Under the pieces are notes generated by a model. The model was not told where the DNA came from and ran no database searches. It saw nothing but the letters and a program-made list of their open reading frames with translations. Positions 11,661-25,202 of a stretch of 64,000 nt of DNA are shown in pieces. The position numbers and the translations under genes are program-made. The stretch's first letter is position 1. Every line of letters starts with the position of its first letter. Source of the stretch: Epithemia pelagica (taxonomy: Eukaryota > Protista > Bacillariophyta); the NCBI GenBank assembly GCA_946965045.2, contig OX337230.1, positions 1,860,001 through 1,924,000 of the forward strand, written 5' to 3'.

Positions 11661-12377
11661 ATGAGTTTCGCAGGAGAGCTTACCGAGCCTAACTGGGTGG
11701 AAGAAGAGACAGATCTGTTTCTTCATGATGACGCCGAAATTGCCATGGAACCAATTAAGGGAGACGCCGACACCAACGATGATGTCATGTTTGCTGACCC
11801 ACGAAGGAGGGTAGGGTTTTCTTCCACAGTTTCGATTATACCAATTCCCAGTCGGCTTGACTATCCTGCTCAGGTTCGAAGTGCAGTGTGGTCTGATAAG
11901 AAAGAGATATCCGAGATGACTGCCCGAAATATGGTCGAATTCGCGGCGGAGGGATGGGACTGGAGGAATGCCACCGAAGAAGAACACATGCTTTTTCTCG
12001 ATGGAGTTTGTGTCCATCCGGTTCATGGTAACTTTTACTTACGAGATGCATTACAACGTCAAATCCCATACCCAAGAGCAGTTACGCCACCGGATGACGA
12101 TCGGGTGATGAACGACTTTCAACCAATGCAATGCGAACCATCCCTTGATCGCGGAGCCGTCGAACAGAATGCCGAGATAATGGAGCGACCAGACTCTCCT
12201 TTTGTCGAATCGGTTGTCTTTGAAGATTGCGACAATGATTACGACGAGGTATTGCTGATTAATGATCCAGATCAGTTCCTTCGACAACGCTTTGCTCACC
12301 GCCCAAGAAAGGATGTTCCTTTTGGGGATTCGGAAGACGCATACTATACAAAAGTATTGTACCCAAACAACCCTTGA
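11661..12377 (+). CDS. Hypothetical protein with a conserved-looking globular core
   Basis: Long ORF (11400-12377, probable ATG 11661) with core RRVGFSSTVSIIPIPSRLDY...W...RN..EF..EGWDWRNATEEE....HPVH. Confidence 0.65.
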   Translation: MSFAGELTEPNWVEEETDLFLHDDAEIAMEPIKGDADTNDDVMFADPRRRVGFSSTVSIIPIPSRLDYPAQVRSAVWSDKKEISEMTARNMVEFAAEGWDWRNATEEEHMLFLDGVCVHPVHGNFYLRDALQRQIPYPRAVTPPDDDRVMNDFQPMQCEPSLDRGAVEQNAEIMERPDSPFVESVVFEDCDNDYDEVLLINDPDQFLRQRFAHRPRKDVPFGDSEDAYYTKVLYPNNP

Positions 12378-13423
12378 ACGGACCATTGTATCTAGGAAAC
12401 TATGGTGTCCGCTTCCGGCTGACCGACTGGCTCATCCATTGAACAAAGAGCCAAAATGGTCAGCGATGATATACTTCTTTATATTGTTTTGATAAAGATT
12501 TCATTGTTCCTCTATCTTTTATTATTTGTTAGCTACTTCGATGCACTATTAGCTTGATGATAAGCTCCCAGCGCAGAGGTGAGATTCCTTTGATCGCATC
12601 CTTGGATGTGCAGGTATTGGTGATATGGCGATGGCTTCTTCCGTCTTCACAGATGCCTCATCCTCATCCGGCACCGGGCACCGTGCAAAACCTGACTGGA
12701 CGGGAACGGCTCACGATAATGGAATGCGTCACGTAACTTGAAGTTTCGGTCAGCGTTTTCGTGTTTGGTCTTGGTGTTCGGAAAGACGGGATGGTCAATC
12801 CTCATCGCTCTGATCGATCCCATGTGCCGTGTGACTATGAGTCCCGATCCGAGTCCCGTCATCCATGGATTCAGCCAATCACGACCCACAAAATACGATA
12901 AGGATAGGGATAAGTTTTCATGTATGGGACCGGCTTGCGCGTCGAAGGGCCCATCTTGTGGCGTCGTCGTTCGCGTGCTCCAAATCCAAGCAAGAACAAT
13001 GCGATCCGCCTCCGACCGCTCCATCTTGTCTCGGTCGACGCAACGATTGTAATTGAGCCGTCCTGGCTGTTTCATTCCTTCTAAAGACTCCCGGGGCGCC
13101 TGACCTTCCTTTGATCGCTAGTAGTAAGAAGATCGGTTCGAGTCTGTCGTTCGGATCTTGCTAGTTTGTCTTTGTCGTATCTCCCTCCGGTTTCAGCATA
13201 GATAGCAGCGCTGTCTTGCCAAGTGTTTGCATTCTGTCATTCGTCGACCACCGGTCAACTGGGATTGCTTGTCTGGACCAAGAACGACGACTTGTGCGTT
13301 ACCTTTCAAACTCGACGATCATATCACCAAAGCAGGAGGACCGCCGCAAGAAGCACTGCACACGCTTAGTTCGGGCAACGCTGGATCTGTTCATCATTGT
13401 TGCCAGCTTGAGCAGTTGAAAGG

Positions 13424-16400
13424 ATGGTTGATCAAAATGGAGGAGGCGGAGGTGGAGATGTCAAGACCACTCAAAAGTTATCTCAGATTGCCTCCGACGC
13501 GGCTCGTCGTTTGGTGGAATATTTTGTGATTGTGAGCAGTGTCGAACGAAAAAGCCATTCGAGCAACAACGGCGACGGTTCCTCGAAACCAGACGACACC
13601 TTTTCGGAATGGAAAACAGATTCGTACGATGAAGATGATGAATCCAATGTCTTTCGAGATCACAAATTCCGACCCAGCATTACGGCCCGATACCCGTTAC
13701 ATGACCACGCGGACAATCCTCTTCATGAAAATGTTACCTTCTTTTGCCATCCAACGGGAGCCATTCACTTGCGGGAAGAGGAAATTCTGCCCAAAGTACG
13801 TTGTCATGTCGACAAGAGATAATCGAAATTTTGCGCTGGATGCAAAGGACCATGTTGTTGCTGACATCTATCTCACCCATCGTGGCTCTCGATCCTTTTT
13901 CTTTTCGTTCTCTCAAATATGTTAGGTTCATTTCTTTGTCGCCACCGGTGGAACCGGCAAACAAATTTACGGCACCTGCTTGACCATTTGGGAGCCTCTA
14001 ATGTTGAAAGTGAAGGTCCGGCCGGAAGGAGAAGAACAGGAAGTGGAGGAAGAACGCCGAGTCTTTTTGCCCAAGTGTTTGGTCTTGCTGTCGACGTACC
14101 CGTACTTGGCCGCCTTTCGCGAGTTTCTGACACAGCTGCATCACTTGTGTCGAGGAGAAGGGCCGGATAAAATGAAGCTTCCCCTGGAACGACACATTGC
14201 CAACTTTTGCGCCGAAATTCCGGCACCTCCACCAGGATCCTTTGAGGTCCAAACCACCATTTTGGATTCGGTCATTAAAATTTGGTCTCCTCCAAACAAT
14301 CTGCCCATTACATGGGTGTCCATTCCGTTTGGGTTCACATTTGAGTGTCTGGATATTGAAAACATTATCACTGTGTGGCATTGCTTGACTCTGGAACGAC
14401 AGGTGCTTATCACTTCCACGCAACTTTCCATTCTCACACAGACTACGGAAATCTTTTTGTCGCTCTTGTTTCCAATGCGGTGGTCTCATGCATACATTCC
14501 AGTTCTACCAACCTTTTTGATTCCCATGTTGTCAGCTCCCATGCCATTTCTCTGCGGAATCAACAAGACTAATTTGGCCGATGCCTTGTACGATCTCTCT
14601 CGTGAATGTGTTCTGGTGGATTTGGATAAGAACACGGTTACTCTGGGCCCGGACACGCCTCCTCTACCGCCCTTGCCGCCCTCTCAAGAAGCTGCCTTGC
14701 ATCAATTGTTGGAAGAGAACGTTGGGATGATCTTCCGCGAAGCTCGGTCGTTGACCAAGAACGATGATTATTCTGACAGTGGCGCTCACTTGCCGTCTCA
14801 TGTCAAAATGATGGCTGAAGCCATGTGGGAAAGTCGTTTGTGTTTGTTTGATGAGGCCTTTCATCTCATGTACACTCCCGAAGAATCCCGTAAAAACTTG
14901 CTCAACGGAAACGACGCCTCTGGACTGGAACTGTCGGAACGTGACATTTCTAATCCTCTCTCTATGATGACCATAAGCGCCGAGGAGAAGAATGCACCAA
15001 CCCGAAAGCAGTCGCAGTGGGATGCGGTCCAAGAAGGATTCTTGGATACGTTTGTCTATTTGCTTCGGAATTATCGCAAATATCTAGTCTTTCCCTCCAA
15101 ACACAATGAAGGATCTTATGGTGGCGCAGGTTTCCGCTCCAAGGAGTTTATTGAATCTCAGCGTTATGATATGCGTGGCTTTTTGGAACAGTTGATTGGG
15201 ACGCAAATGTTTGATAATTTCATTACCAAGCGCCTGTATGGAAGTGGTGAAGCGGATGTTGCCTTTTTCGATATGGCCGTTGATCGATTCTTGAAGAGCG
15301 CTGGGATGTTTGCCGATGTGGATATTGGTGGAAGGCTTTTGGCCAGTGCGTCCTCTTCGAACAATGGAACGAGCAACAAACCAGGAAGCACTCGAAACAG
15401 CTTTAATAGTCGAAGAAACAGCTCAATCAAATTTTTAGGATCTCCACGCAACAGCAATGGAGATCCTCTGTTACAAAGTGCGAAAGTCCATCGTATGCTG
15501 AAGACGATCGTGCCACCGGAGCCCACTGGAGAAGGCCTACCCGAAAACCTCAAGGATTTGCCGGGCCTTGCTTCTTCGGGAGATGACGACGACGATGAGA
15601 ACAGCGTTCATTCGGCGACTTCGGGGACTACCCGCAATTCGCAACGCAGCACTCCATCTCGACGAACAAATAGCTACAGCAATATTGGGAAAGAGAAAAA
15701 GGCACAAACATTTGTCTACAAGGGATTCCCTTCCTCCTTGAACGCTGAACTCTTTGGAAAACCGCGCCCATTGCCGGCTGCTGTGATTGCGGAATTCGAT
15801 CGACAGCGCAAGGATGCTGCTCAGTTTCGACGAAAGGGTCAACGTGCCGCAGGTGGACGAGACAAGAATCCCAAATCACACTTTCGACGTGCACATTCGA
15901 CCGTAGACCCTGAAACCCCCCAGTCCCCCGAAGCTGCGACATTCACTGTGTTCTTTATGGCTTTTACAGCTTTGGTCGGGAAAGAACTGATGCAAATGGC
16001 CCAAGACCCGGACGCGATCGAGAAGACTATTCTGTCGACATTTGTTCCGACTGGACAGTACGCCGAATCCGATACGGAAAGTGAAATGTTGGAAACCGGG
16101 TCGGTAGCCACGGGTGATGGCAGCCGTAACCAGGATGAGGAAGAGGAAGTGACCATGGATGCAGCTGAGAAGGCAGGCATTGCCGAAATGAAAGCAGATC
16201 GACCGAGTATGGGAGGAATGTTTGAAGATGACTCGGAATCTGCAAGTGAGAACGAAACTCTTGTCCGTCAGGCAGCAGCGGGTGAGAATGCGAGCTTTGA
16301 TGCAGTTGATCTTCAGTCAGTCAACTCCAATGATGAACTCGCGTTTGGCAAAGGGGAAACCAAAGCCCAGTCTGTTGCGGAAAGTGTTGGACCCACTGCC

Positions 16401-17552
16401 GCAAGCACTACTACACCCACGACTGCTCGTGATGAAGAAGCTACTGTCACTACAAACAAGAGTTCAACAACGAACAAAAGTGATGATAGCAAGCCACGAA
16501 AGCGCTTCCGCGATAAGCTCAGTGACCTTCAGATCGAGGAGGCAAAGGCTACAGGACGTGCGCAGCTTGGTCTCGCGTTCGAGATGCTTACGATGATGAA
16601 GAAGCGGGCGCTTCAAGCGGACCCTGAAGCATACCAAGCCCTTATTGATGCTTGTGGGCGTGTTGGTGACACGAAACGAGCAACAGAGTTGCTACCCAAA
16701 ATGCACGAAGATGGTATTGTTGCCGACGGCACTGTCTACGCGTGTCTTGTCTCGGCTTTTTCGGCGGAGAGTGCATGGAAGGATAATGCTAAAAAGGAAG
16801 AACTTCCCGAATGGGCCAACAGTACAGCTGTCGAAATGGATTGGAATAAGCTGCAAAAGCGCACTTTTCTAGAACGGATGATCGGACAAGTCACTGCTGA
16901 CGATGACGACGATGATGATGAGGCAGCGAATGAAAACTTGACGACCTATCAGAAGATTCGAAGACGTGTTTTCAAGTCGCGTGCAAAGGACGGTGCAAAC
17001 AATGGCTCATCCAATAAGGCCGAGGACACCAAAATGGAATTTTTCGTGACCGAAGCGGTTGAAAGACAAATTGCACTAGGCGAAAATCTTTTGGAAATTG
17101 TTTTCCCTGACATATCGGTTGACACCGAGAATGAAGTCTGTCCGCGATGCAACTATTACCTCGATGACGACGATGTTGTTGCAGGTTGGACACCAGGAGA
17201 CAACAACAATTACACGACCACGTGTCCCAACTGTACACAACGATTTGTTCCGCATTTCTGTGTTCAATCGTCGTCTCCGACATTCATGGGTTCAAAGGGG
17301 GCCGCCTCGCCACTTCTATGTGAACGTCTCAGTCCCTGGGTCTTGCAGAAAGAAATCCGTAGTGTGATGAGTGACATTGATGGTATTGATAGTCTTCTCG
17401 ACCCGGCATGGCGCGAGAAAGAATACAAAAACGCGGTTCTATGGTGGAATCTGGTTCTATCCTGTATGCGTTATCGATTGCCATTTACTTTTTTGTTGCA
17501 AGGAAGCTTTGAACAAAATCTGATTGCACCAATGCCTGAAGATGAGGCCTAA
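13424..17552 (+). CDS. DENN-domain Rab GEF with PPR repeats and a C-terminal Cys cluster (DENND4-like; intron 13796-13925)
   Basis: uDENN (LVEYFVIV, ARYP..D, FCHPTG, YGTCL), DENN (LLFPMRWSHAYIPVLP, APMPFLCGI), dDENN (FIESQ..FLEQLIGTQMFDNFI), PPR-like YQALIDACGRVG..A..L..M..DG, and CPRC...CPNC. Confidence 0.85.
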
Positions 17553-17710
17553 GCGTTGACTTCGTAAATTTGGATCTGCAGTTTGTCAAAAACATAGAAG
17601 AAGTTATGCTAACGAACAGGGTCTTTTCAGTGTATCATCAGTGTATCATGTTATTCATTTACCGTCACCCTGATGCGCCAAAAGAAATGTTGAAAGTAGT
17701 GCAGTAGCTC

Positions 17711-19090
17711 TCAGAACTTAGATTCTGCATTAGGCACACTTGTTGTCTTGTACATTTCCAAAACCCACTCCAGAGCTTCAGCAACGCCATCCCGAGTCAT
17801 CTCGTGCATTCCGTACGCAACGTTCATGACTTCCGATATTGGTGAAAGGTCAGGCTTCAGACCATCCGTGTAGGTCGAAGCTTCTTGAAGAACAGATCGC
17901 AAACTGTTCCTCCACTCGGAATAATGCCTCGGGTCATGAGTTAGCTCGAACGTCTGTGGATCCAGAAAGTTATCGTTTTTCAAGGCATTGAAGAGTTTAG
18001 ACGAAAGCTCCTCGGAAATCGCAGGAATCCGATCATGAAAGAAGGACGGAGAAATAGCGTGCGCTTTCACTGGAATATGCATTGTGGGTCTGTTCCTTTG
18101 TTTTTGTTGCTTCACAAACTTTATAACATTGCGTCTTGTGGTATTATCTTTTGGCATTGTGATGAATGCCATGGCAGGCATCTTGATTCCGTCGGAAACC
18201 GTGGCCTTCATGCTTGGTCCCATGATCTGTGAGATGTATGCGTCCAAGGGTCGAGCCGCTCTCTTCATCATAACAGTTGGTAATATTGCATTGACAAACC
18301 TTCCCCCTGAAGATGCACCAAATGCAAATGTTGGAATATCGGCAAAGAGAGTTTGAAATCTCTCCAAAACGACGGACACTCGAGGACCGTCCCGATTGCC
18401 CCAACATTTTCGGCTCCCTTCCGAATTGGACGACATGGCAATCGTAACCATTCGAAATTTACTGGAATGAGCCAAGTCTACAATGGCGCGTTCCTCGGGC
18501 AATCCCAAACATTCCGGACAAACTTTTGGATCATAGGGCCACCAATCGGAACCCGCATGATGGCATCCATGCGCCAGAAACAATATTGCATTAGGAGGAT
18601 CAGAGTACGCAGCGTCCGAGCGAGAAGGAGGCATTTGCCAATAAAACTCAATGCCTCCGACGCTATCCTTCAGAGGCGAATGAGAGGCCTTTTCCAGAAG
18701 CTTTGTCAACGCTTCTCCAGTTACGGTAGGCCACATGTCCTGTAGTTGTGACCCAAGCTTCTCCATTCTCGATGTGGCAAGTGTAGACGATAAATTTCCA
18801 GGTCTAACGGCCGTCGCGAGGTTCAATGAGTCTCTATCCGCAGTTTTACTCTGCTTGGAATGATAAGAATCGTCGAAGCGATTCTCGATCGAAACTGTGG
18901 AAGCAAAATGCTCTAGATCGTGGGATGAATCATATCCCAGAAGCATGATAATTGCGGCTGTAACCAGCACTACAAGAATGAGGCCCATCGATTTTCTGGG
19001 ACCCATTTGTCGCTGTTGCTTCGATCTATGATGTGAGCGATGCGATACAATGGTGGGCGATAGGTACAACATGCTCAAGGCAGCCCTCAA
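17711..19090 (-). CDS. Type II membrane / secreted alpha-beta-hydrolase-like protein
   Basis: N-terminal TM segment, LFLAHGC..., CPECLGLPEE and a nucleophile-elbow-like FGASSGG. Confidence 0.65.
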   Translation of the reverse strand: MRAALSMLYLSPTIVSHRSHHRSKQQRQMGPRKSMGLILVVLVTAAIIMLLGYDSSHDLEHFASTVSIENRFDDSYHSKQSKTADRDSLNLATAVRPGNLSSTLATSRMEKLGSQLQDMWPTVTGEALTKLLEKASHSPLKDSVGGIEFYWQMPPSRSDAAYSDPPNAILFLAHGCHHAGSDWWPYDPKVCPECLGLPEERAIVDLAHSSKFRMVTIAMSSNSEGSRKCWGNRDGPRVSVVLERFQTLFADIPTFAFGASSGGRFVNAILPTVMMKRAARPLDAYISQIMGPSMKATVSDGIKMPAMAFITMPKDNTTRRNVIKFVKQQKQRNRPTMHIPVKAHAISPSFFHDRIPAISEELSSKLFNALKNDNFLDPQTFELTHDPRHYSEWRNSLRSVLQEASTYTDGLKPDLSPISEVMNVAYGMHEMTRDGVAEALEWVLEMYKTTSVPNAESKF

Positions 19091-19613
19091 AAGAGGAAGA
19101 TCTTATGGAAAATTTCATTTGCGCCATTCATTGGTCGCTTTAAAGGATCGCACATCCATGGTGAACAGTCGCTTTTGGGTCGTTTTAAAGTACCGCGCCG
19201 GAATGATCAGAAGCCCAAGCGCTGTTGTCTTGTGTCGTGATTCGGGCAAATTGCAAATGAAACAAGAACGTCGATCGCATTGATTGAACGACGGACAAGA
19301 AGCCAATAGGTCAAAAAATCTCCATCGTGCAAAGGTACGCCACAGGATTGATTCATGAGAGCCAATGTGGGTGGGGAGTCGGTTCTTTTCCTCACCGTGG
19401 CTTGGAATAGCCTGGTGACTTTGGGGTTGACATTGATTTGCTTCCCAAATGTAGAGCGATTCGTTCGCATGAGTTCATTCGTGCTTCCAGAGCTCTCGGC
19501 CCGACTGTAAGCTCACATCTTGTTTCAGTTGTTGTTGCGTTGGTGCTTTCCAACAGAATATTGTCCCGAGAAACAGAACAATCCATTGACTTTCTCCTGG
19601 TAGTGTGGGAACC

Positions 19614-20285
19614 ATGAGGCGTGTGTTTGGCAAGAAAAAGGCGGAAGCCCCGGCCCCATCGCTCACCGACGCATCCAGTGGCTTGGGCGGTCGCGTAGAA
19701 GAAATGGACAAAAAGATTAATGCGTTGGAATCAGAATTGCGTGGCTATAAAGACAAGCTAAAGTCAACCACCAACCCAGCTGCGAAGAAACAAATACAGA
19801 AACGTGCCATGGAAGTTCTGAAACGAAAACGAATGTACGAACAACAACGTGACATGATCGCGGGGCAACAATTCAATATTGACCAAGCTAGTTTTGGTAT
19901 CGAGTCCGCAAAGGCCAGCATCCAAACTGTGGCCGCTATGAAAGCAGCAAACAAGGAGTTTAAGCAGGTTATGAAACACAATCTGGACGTGGATGAGGTT
20001 GACGGTCTTGCCGAAGACATGGCAGAACTTATGGAGGATTTCAATGAAGTCAATGAAGCTCTTGGTCGCAACTTTTCCACTCCGGAGGACATTGATGAAG
20101 CCGATTTGGATGCAGAACTAGACATGTTGGGGGATGAGCTAGAAGAAGAATTGGCAGAAGAGGCTGCTGAAGCGACACCCAGTTATCTTATGCCAGCTAC
20201 TCCCAGTGAAACTCCTGGTCAAAAGGAGGAGCCCACGAAAACGGATGAGTTTGGGCTACCAGCGGCACCCATTGGCAATCCATAG
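19614..20285 (+). CDS. CHMP5: ESCRT-III Snf7-family protein CHMP5/Vps60
   Basis: MRRVFGKKK..., QKRAMEVLKRKRMYEQQRD, F.TPEDIDEADLDAELD. Confidence 0.92.
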   Translation: MRRVFGKKKAEAPAPSLTDASSGLGGRVEEMDKKINALESELRGYKDKLKSTTNPAAKKQIQKRAMEVLKRKRMYEQQRDMIAGQQFNIDQASFGIESAKASIQTVAAMKAANKEFKQVMKHNLDVDEVDGLAEDMAELMEDFNEVNEALGRNFSTPEDIDEADLDAELDMLGDELEEELAEEAAEATPSYLMPATPSETPGQKEEPTKTDEFGLPAAPIGNP

Positions 20286-20463
20286 CGTGTTCGTTATGCT
20301 TGTACGTCTATCTTAGTGAGTCGCTCGTGACATGAAAGTGATGTTTAATTAGAGTGGAAGGCAAATCAAAATCCAATTTTACTTTCACTGATGGCAACCA
20401 AAAATTTGTGGATAAGAACGAACCAAAAACTTGAAATGATGAATGAGAAATCGAGCCCCAAAC

Positions 20464-21093
20464 TTATATCAGCAAGGACATGGTGTTGGAATAGGCGGAC
20501 CACCCGTCCAGAAAAATCCTTGTACCAGTAGCTTTCCTGACAACAAAGCCTTGTGGTTTTTTACACCACAACTTTCGTAGATTCCGCACTAGAAAGCCGT
20601 CTCTGGCGTTTCGCTGTCGGCTATGCTTGGCTTTTTGTATCGCTTCAAGCGTGTTTTTCATTTGGGCCCTAGAAAATCCCGAAGATCTCGCAATGTCATC
20701 TCGTTGCACTCTCGATAGAACCAGTCCAAGAGTCGTTCTTTCGTCGCCAAGTTGTCTTTCCTTGATCTTTTCAAATTCGTTAACGCTTATAGTCTCATGG
20801 TGAACCGCTTTCCAAGTCAATGTTACAGGTAATCCAACGGATACTGAGGGATTATCGCCAATCGTCACGGTATGTGCATGAATTTGAATGTTGCCCCAAC
20901 GGACAGTTTTAGATACATGACAGAGTAGCGGGGAAGAGCTTGTCATATGAGACGAGGAAGAGTTCAAGAACAGAGTTTGCACTGTAGGTTTCAGGCAACC
21001 TGAGCTCCTTGTCTTGTCTTTTGTGTCCGCCACCACGCCGTCCACGGCCTCGCAACTATCAGTAGTAGCATCCACATCTGTTTCAAGGTCCAT
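20464..21093 (-). CDS. Hypothetical protein with a VRW..I..H..TIGDNPS..G.P.TL.W domain
   Basis: Intronless ORF, probable ATG at 21093; the motif is shared with 25203-26222. Confidence 0.65.
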   Translation of the reverse strand: MDLETDVDATTDSCEAVDGVVADTKDKTRSSGCLKPTVQTLFLNSSSSHMTSSSPLLCHVSKTVRWGNIQIHAHTVTIGDNPSVSVGLPVTLTWKAVHHETISVNEFEKIKERQLGDERTTLGLVLSRVQRDDIARSSGFSRAQMKNTLEAIQKAKHSRQRNARDGFLVRNLRKLWCKKPQGFVVRKATGTRIFLDGWSAYSNTMSLLI

Positions 21094-21820
21094 TGTTGAG
21101 CCTCGCATAGGACGCAAATGATGTGGGAGGAATGATATCCTCAAGCCCTATTCTTTGGTCACAATGCCTTTTCATGTTTCGATTAGACGTCATGCATTCG
21201 GTGGAATCCCCAGTACAGTGGTTTACCGGTGAGGTGTTCATGTTCCTGATTCGATCACACAAACTCCAAATCTGCACAGGCACTTGGAAATGTATCCATA
21301 ATACTTTTTTACCGTTCTTTATCAGAAGCAACGGCAGCATCTGATTGTGAAATGTGCCCATATATCGAGGAGGCTTCCTTTGTTGGTCACCCCGGCTTGC
21401 AGGGTCATTGATGCCGCATAGGTAGAGTGTCGTCGCTCGCACAATCTCACTTCTGTTACCGGTGAAGAAAAGGCTGCCAAGTGCTAAGTCGACAAGTCAA
21501 GCTATCCGTATTCCGTATCCCTTCATTCGCTATGGCAAAAGAGTCACAAGTCGCCTGCCATTGTGTAGTTGGTCTTGCTACCTCTAATCGTGGGCTCTGT
21601 TCACCGCGCAATTTTCTCTATCCAGTCGCTCCTGGACCTGGCGGGATTGGTCTATGCGCGGGATTACATCCTGCCGACGCTTCGCGCCATTTTCTGTGCG
21701 CGGTGCGCGTGAGGCGGCATTCCGTGGGCTCATCTTTGGAGGGTCGTCTGTTGGTCCATTGTGTGTCAACAACCCAATCTTGGAATTGAAAGACTGGTTG
21801 GGTTACTAAGCAATCAGGCA

Positions 21821-24800
21821 ATGTCATCCCCAGACAATGATCGAGAGGACGAAAGCATTGGACGTCGCCGACGCCACGATGTCTTGGAAGATAGCGACGA
21901 CGACTCCTTGCTAGGATCTCGGCGCTCCGGAAATGGACGTGCAGCGAGACTGGCTCGAAGAGCTGCCCAGCGGCGTCGATTGAATCAAGACAGCCAAGAC
22001 AATAGCAACAACAATATTCGTCTTCTTGGAGATGACGATAATGAAGAAAACCAAAACGCGATGGATATCGACGAAGATGAGAACAATAATGAAAGTGTTG
22101 TGGATGAGGACGAGGATGGAGTGGACTATCAGGTAGCACCGGTTGACGAGGAGGAAGAAGAAGAAGATGGAGAGGATTTGATGGATAACGCCGAGCGTGA
22201 TTACCAGCGTATTGAAGCTTTGGATACATATGGCACAGAAGGGTTGGATGATACTGACTACGCCGCAGCGACTACCGAAGAACGACATGCTGCCGAAGCC
22301 GAGTTGGCTCGACGCGAGAGCAATCGTCGTCAACAGGGATTCCTGGATCGACTTGCAGAAGACGATCTTGAGGAGGATGACGATGCTCGTCAAGCTCGTC
22401 GACGAATGTTCCAACGGCGCTCGCGCAGAGAAGGGCAAGAACAAGATGGAGAGGACGTTCTTGAAGATGAAGAAGACATGGAGGAAGAGGAGGAAGAAGA
22501 CTTGGATGCCGACGATCAAGTGAATTTGGAAGCCTTTGATGTTCCATTGAGGGAGTGGATTGCTCAGGATCGAACACGCCGCGAAATTTCTCGCAAGTTT
22601 CGTGTCTTTTTACGACACTTTGAAAGTACAGAGGCCGACTATATCACAAACACACGTCAACGCCGTGGTCGTGGTGTCTATGAAAGAAAGATTCGAACCA
22701 TGTGTGCGCATAATCACAGTTCTCTAACAGTTTCCTATCTGGATCTCATGCATGCAGAACCCGTCTTGGCATATTGGTTGACAGATGCTCCCATGGATAT
22801 GTCTGTTATTCTCAACGAAGCCGCTACCCGACACACCCTTGCCCTCTTTCCCTCCTACCACGCAATTCAATCCGAGATTCATGTACGCATCTCCCATGTT
22901 CCCATTTTGGACTCCCTTCGCGATTTGCGTCGAACGCATTTAGATAGTCTGGTCAAAGTACATGGAACGGTTACCAGACGGTCGGCCGTTTATCCTCAGT
23001 TGCAGTTGGCCTACTACATGTGTCAAAACTGCAAAAACATTCAAGGACCGATCCGAGTCGATGCTTCGAACAGCGATCCATCTACCGTGGCTTCAAGCTC
23101 ACCCGATGAGTGTCCCAATTGCGAGGTGCCCTTTTTCCGACTCCATCCAACACTTTCCTTGTATCGCAACGTCCAACGTGTCAACCTTCAAGAAACACCT
23201 GGTTCCGTCCCCCCTGGCCGAGTGCCTCGAACCAAGGAAGTGTTAATGTCAGATGACTTGATTGACGTGGCAAGACCTGGAGAAGAAATCGAAGTGAGTG
23301 GTGTCTATATACACAAACTCGACTCTTCCATGACTATTCAGAGTGGATTTCCAGTGTTCGGGACTATGATTGTCGCAAATCATGTCGCGAAACGACACTC
23401 AGCGGAATCAGCTGACAATTTGACACCTGCAGATATTGCACACATCCAGCAGCTTTCACGGGACCCTCGAATTGGAGAGCGAATTGTTCAGTCACTTGCA
23501 CCAAGTATTTACGGGCAAGACAATTGCAAGATGGCGTTGGCCATGAGCCTCTTTGGTGGCGTTCCCAAGAACATGAATGACAAACACAGAATTCGTGGCG
23601 ATGTCAACGTCCTTTTGCTGGGTGATCCTGGTACAGCAAAGAGTCAATTGCTCAAGTACGCTGAGCGGACCGCGCCTCGTGCAGTTTACAGCACCGGAAA
23701 GGGGGCCAGTGCAGTAGGGTTGACAGCCAGTGTACACAAGGATCCTATTACACGTGAGTGGACATTGGAGGGTGGTGCTCTGGTCCTTGCCGACCAAGGG
23801 CTTTGTCTCATAGGTAAGAACTCGAATGCTTGCGGAATACCTCTGGATCCGTTCAAATCTAACCTGAATCTTATGCATCTTAGACGAGTTTGATAAAATG
23901 AACGAACAAGATCGAACGAGTATTCACGAGGCCATGGAACAGCAGTCCATCAGTATTTCCAAAGCCGGTATTGTAACGTCGCTCCAAGCGCGATGTGCTG
24001 TGATTGCTGCGGCCAATCCCATTGGTGGGCGTTACGATTCTGCCAATACTTTGGCGGACAATGTCGAGTTAACGGATCCAATCTTGCAACGATTCGACAT
24101 TCTGTGTGTCTTACAGGATACGGTCGATCCTGTGGCTGATGAACGACTAGCACAGTTTGTCACATCGAGCCACATGCGAAGCGTCCCCACTAGAGAATTT
24201 CAACAGAATCCCGATCTACAGGAAATGAGACAGGAAGAAGCTGAGAATAGCCAACCAAATCGCCCTGATCTCATCCCGCAAGCAATGTTACGTAAATACA
24301 TTGAATATGCTCGAGCCAACGTTCATCCAGCCTTGGAACAAAGTGGGTTCGACCAAGAGAAAGTTTCTTCATTGTATGTGGCCTTGCGCCGCGAATCGGC
24401 AGCCTCCGGAGGCGTCCCGATTGCAGTGCGACACATTGAATCAATGATGCGAATGGCTGAGGCCCATGCCAAGATGCATCTCCGAGAGCATGTGAGAGAT
24501 GACGATATGGACGCTGCCATTCGCATGATGCTGCAGTCATTTATTCAGGCACAAAAATTTTCTGTCCGCCGCGCACTACAGCGATCGTTTCGAAAGTTCA
24601 TTTCGTCTTCAGAAGATCGTGCATATTTGCTTCTGCACATTCTGCAAGATATGTTTCGCAAGGAGCAAATGTACCAAGTCATTCGTCTTCGGCAGCGTAA
24701 TCAAACTGAAGAAGCCTTGGGAACACTTGAGGTTCCCATGGAGGATCTAGAAAGTCGCGCAAGAGAACGCCGAGTATACAACATTCATGAGTTCTGTCGC

Positions 24801-24872
24801 TCCTCTGCTTTTGTAGAAGCCGGGTATAAGTTCGATGAGACGAGGGGTCTCATCACAAGAATCATTTCTTAG
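21821..24872 (+). CDS. MCM2: DNA replication licensing factor MCM2 (intron 23814-23883)
   Basis: Acidic N-terminus, C4 zinc finger, Walker A GDPGTAKSQ, spliced Walker B CLI/DEFDKM, arginine finger PILQRFD, and VRHIESMMRMAEAHAKM. Confidence 0.96.
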
Positions 24873-25202
24873 TTTCGACATGCCCCGTATAGATTCGCCC
24901 ATGATCGGACATGATATCAATGAGAACTAGGAGTATGTTTTACTTATCAGTCGCAACCTGTCATACTTCTTGATTGCTTTAGCTTAGGTCTTCTTTACAT
25001 TTGTCGTCCATCCAGCTGGGATACTGGAGTGAGTTTGATTGAACTTTAAGAGCAAAATACAGCGTGGTAATAATAAGGCCCTTTCGTGGGTTTTGCACAC
25101 GAAAAACTTCAACATGAAAAGCGAAAGGAGGAATTCGCAAATGCCCTGTCATTCTTGAGCTGAATACCGAGTGGGGCATTCAGCGCTCTGCAAACTTCTT
25201 TC

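Noticed and set aside
12554-13419. Several 60-142 aa ORFs on both strands upstream of the DENN gene
   Set aside because: No motifs or consistent coding signal; probably UTR or intergenic.
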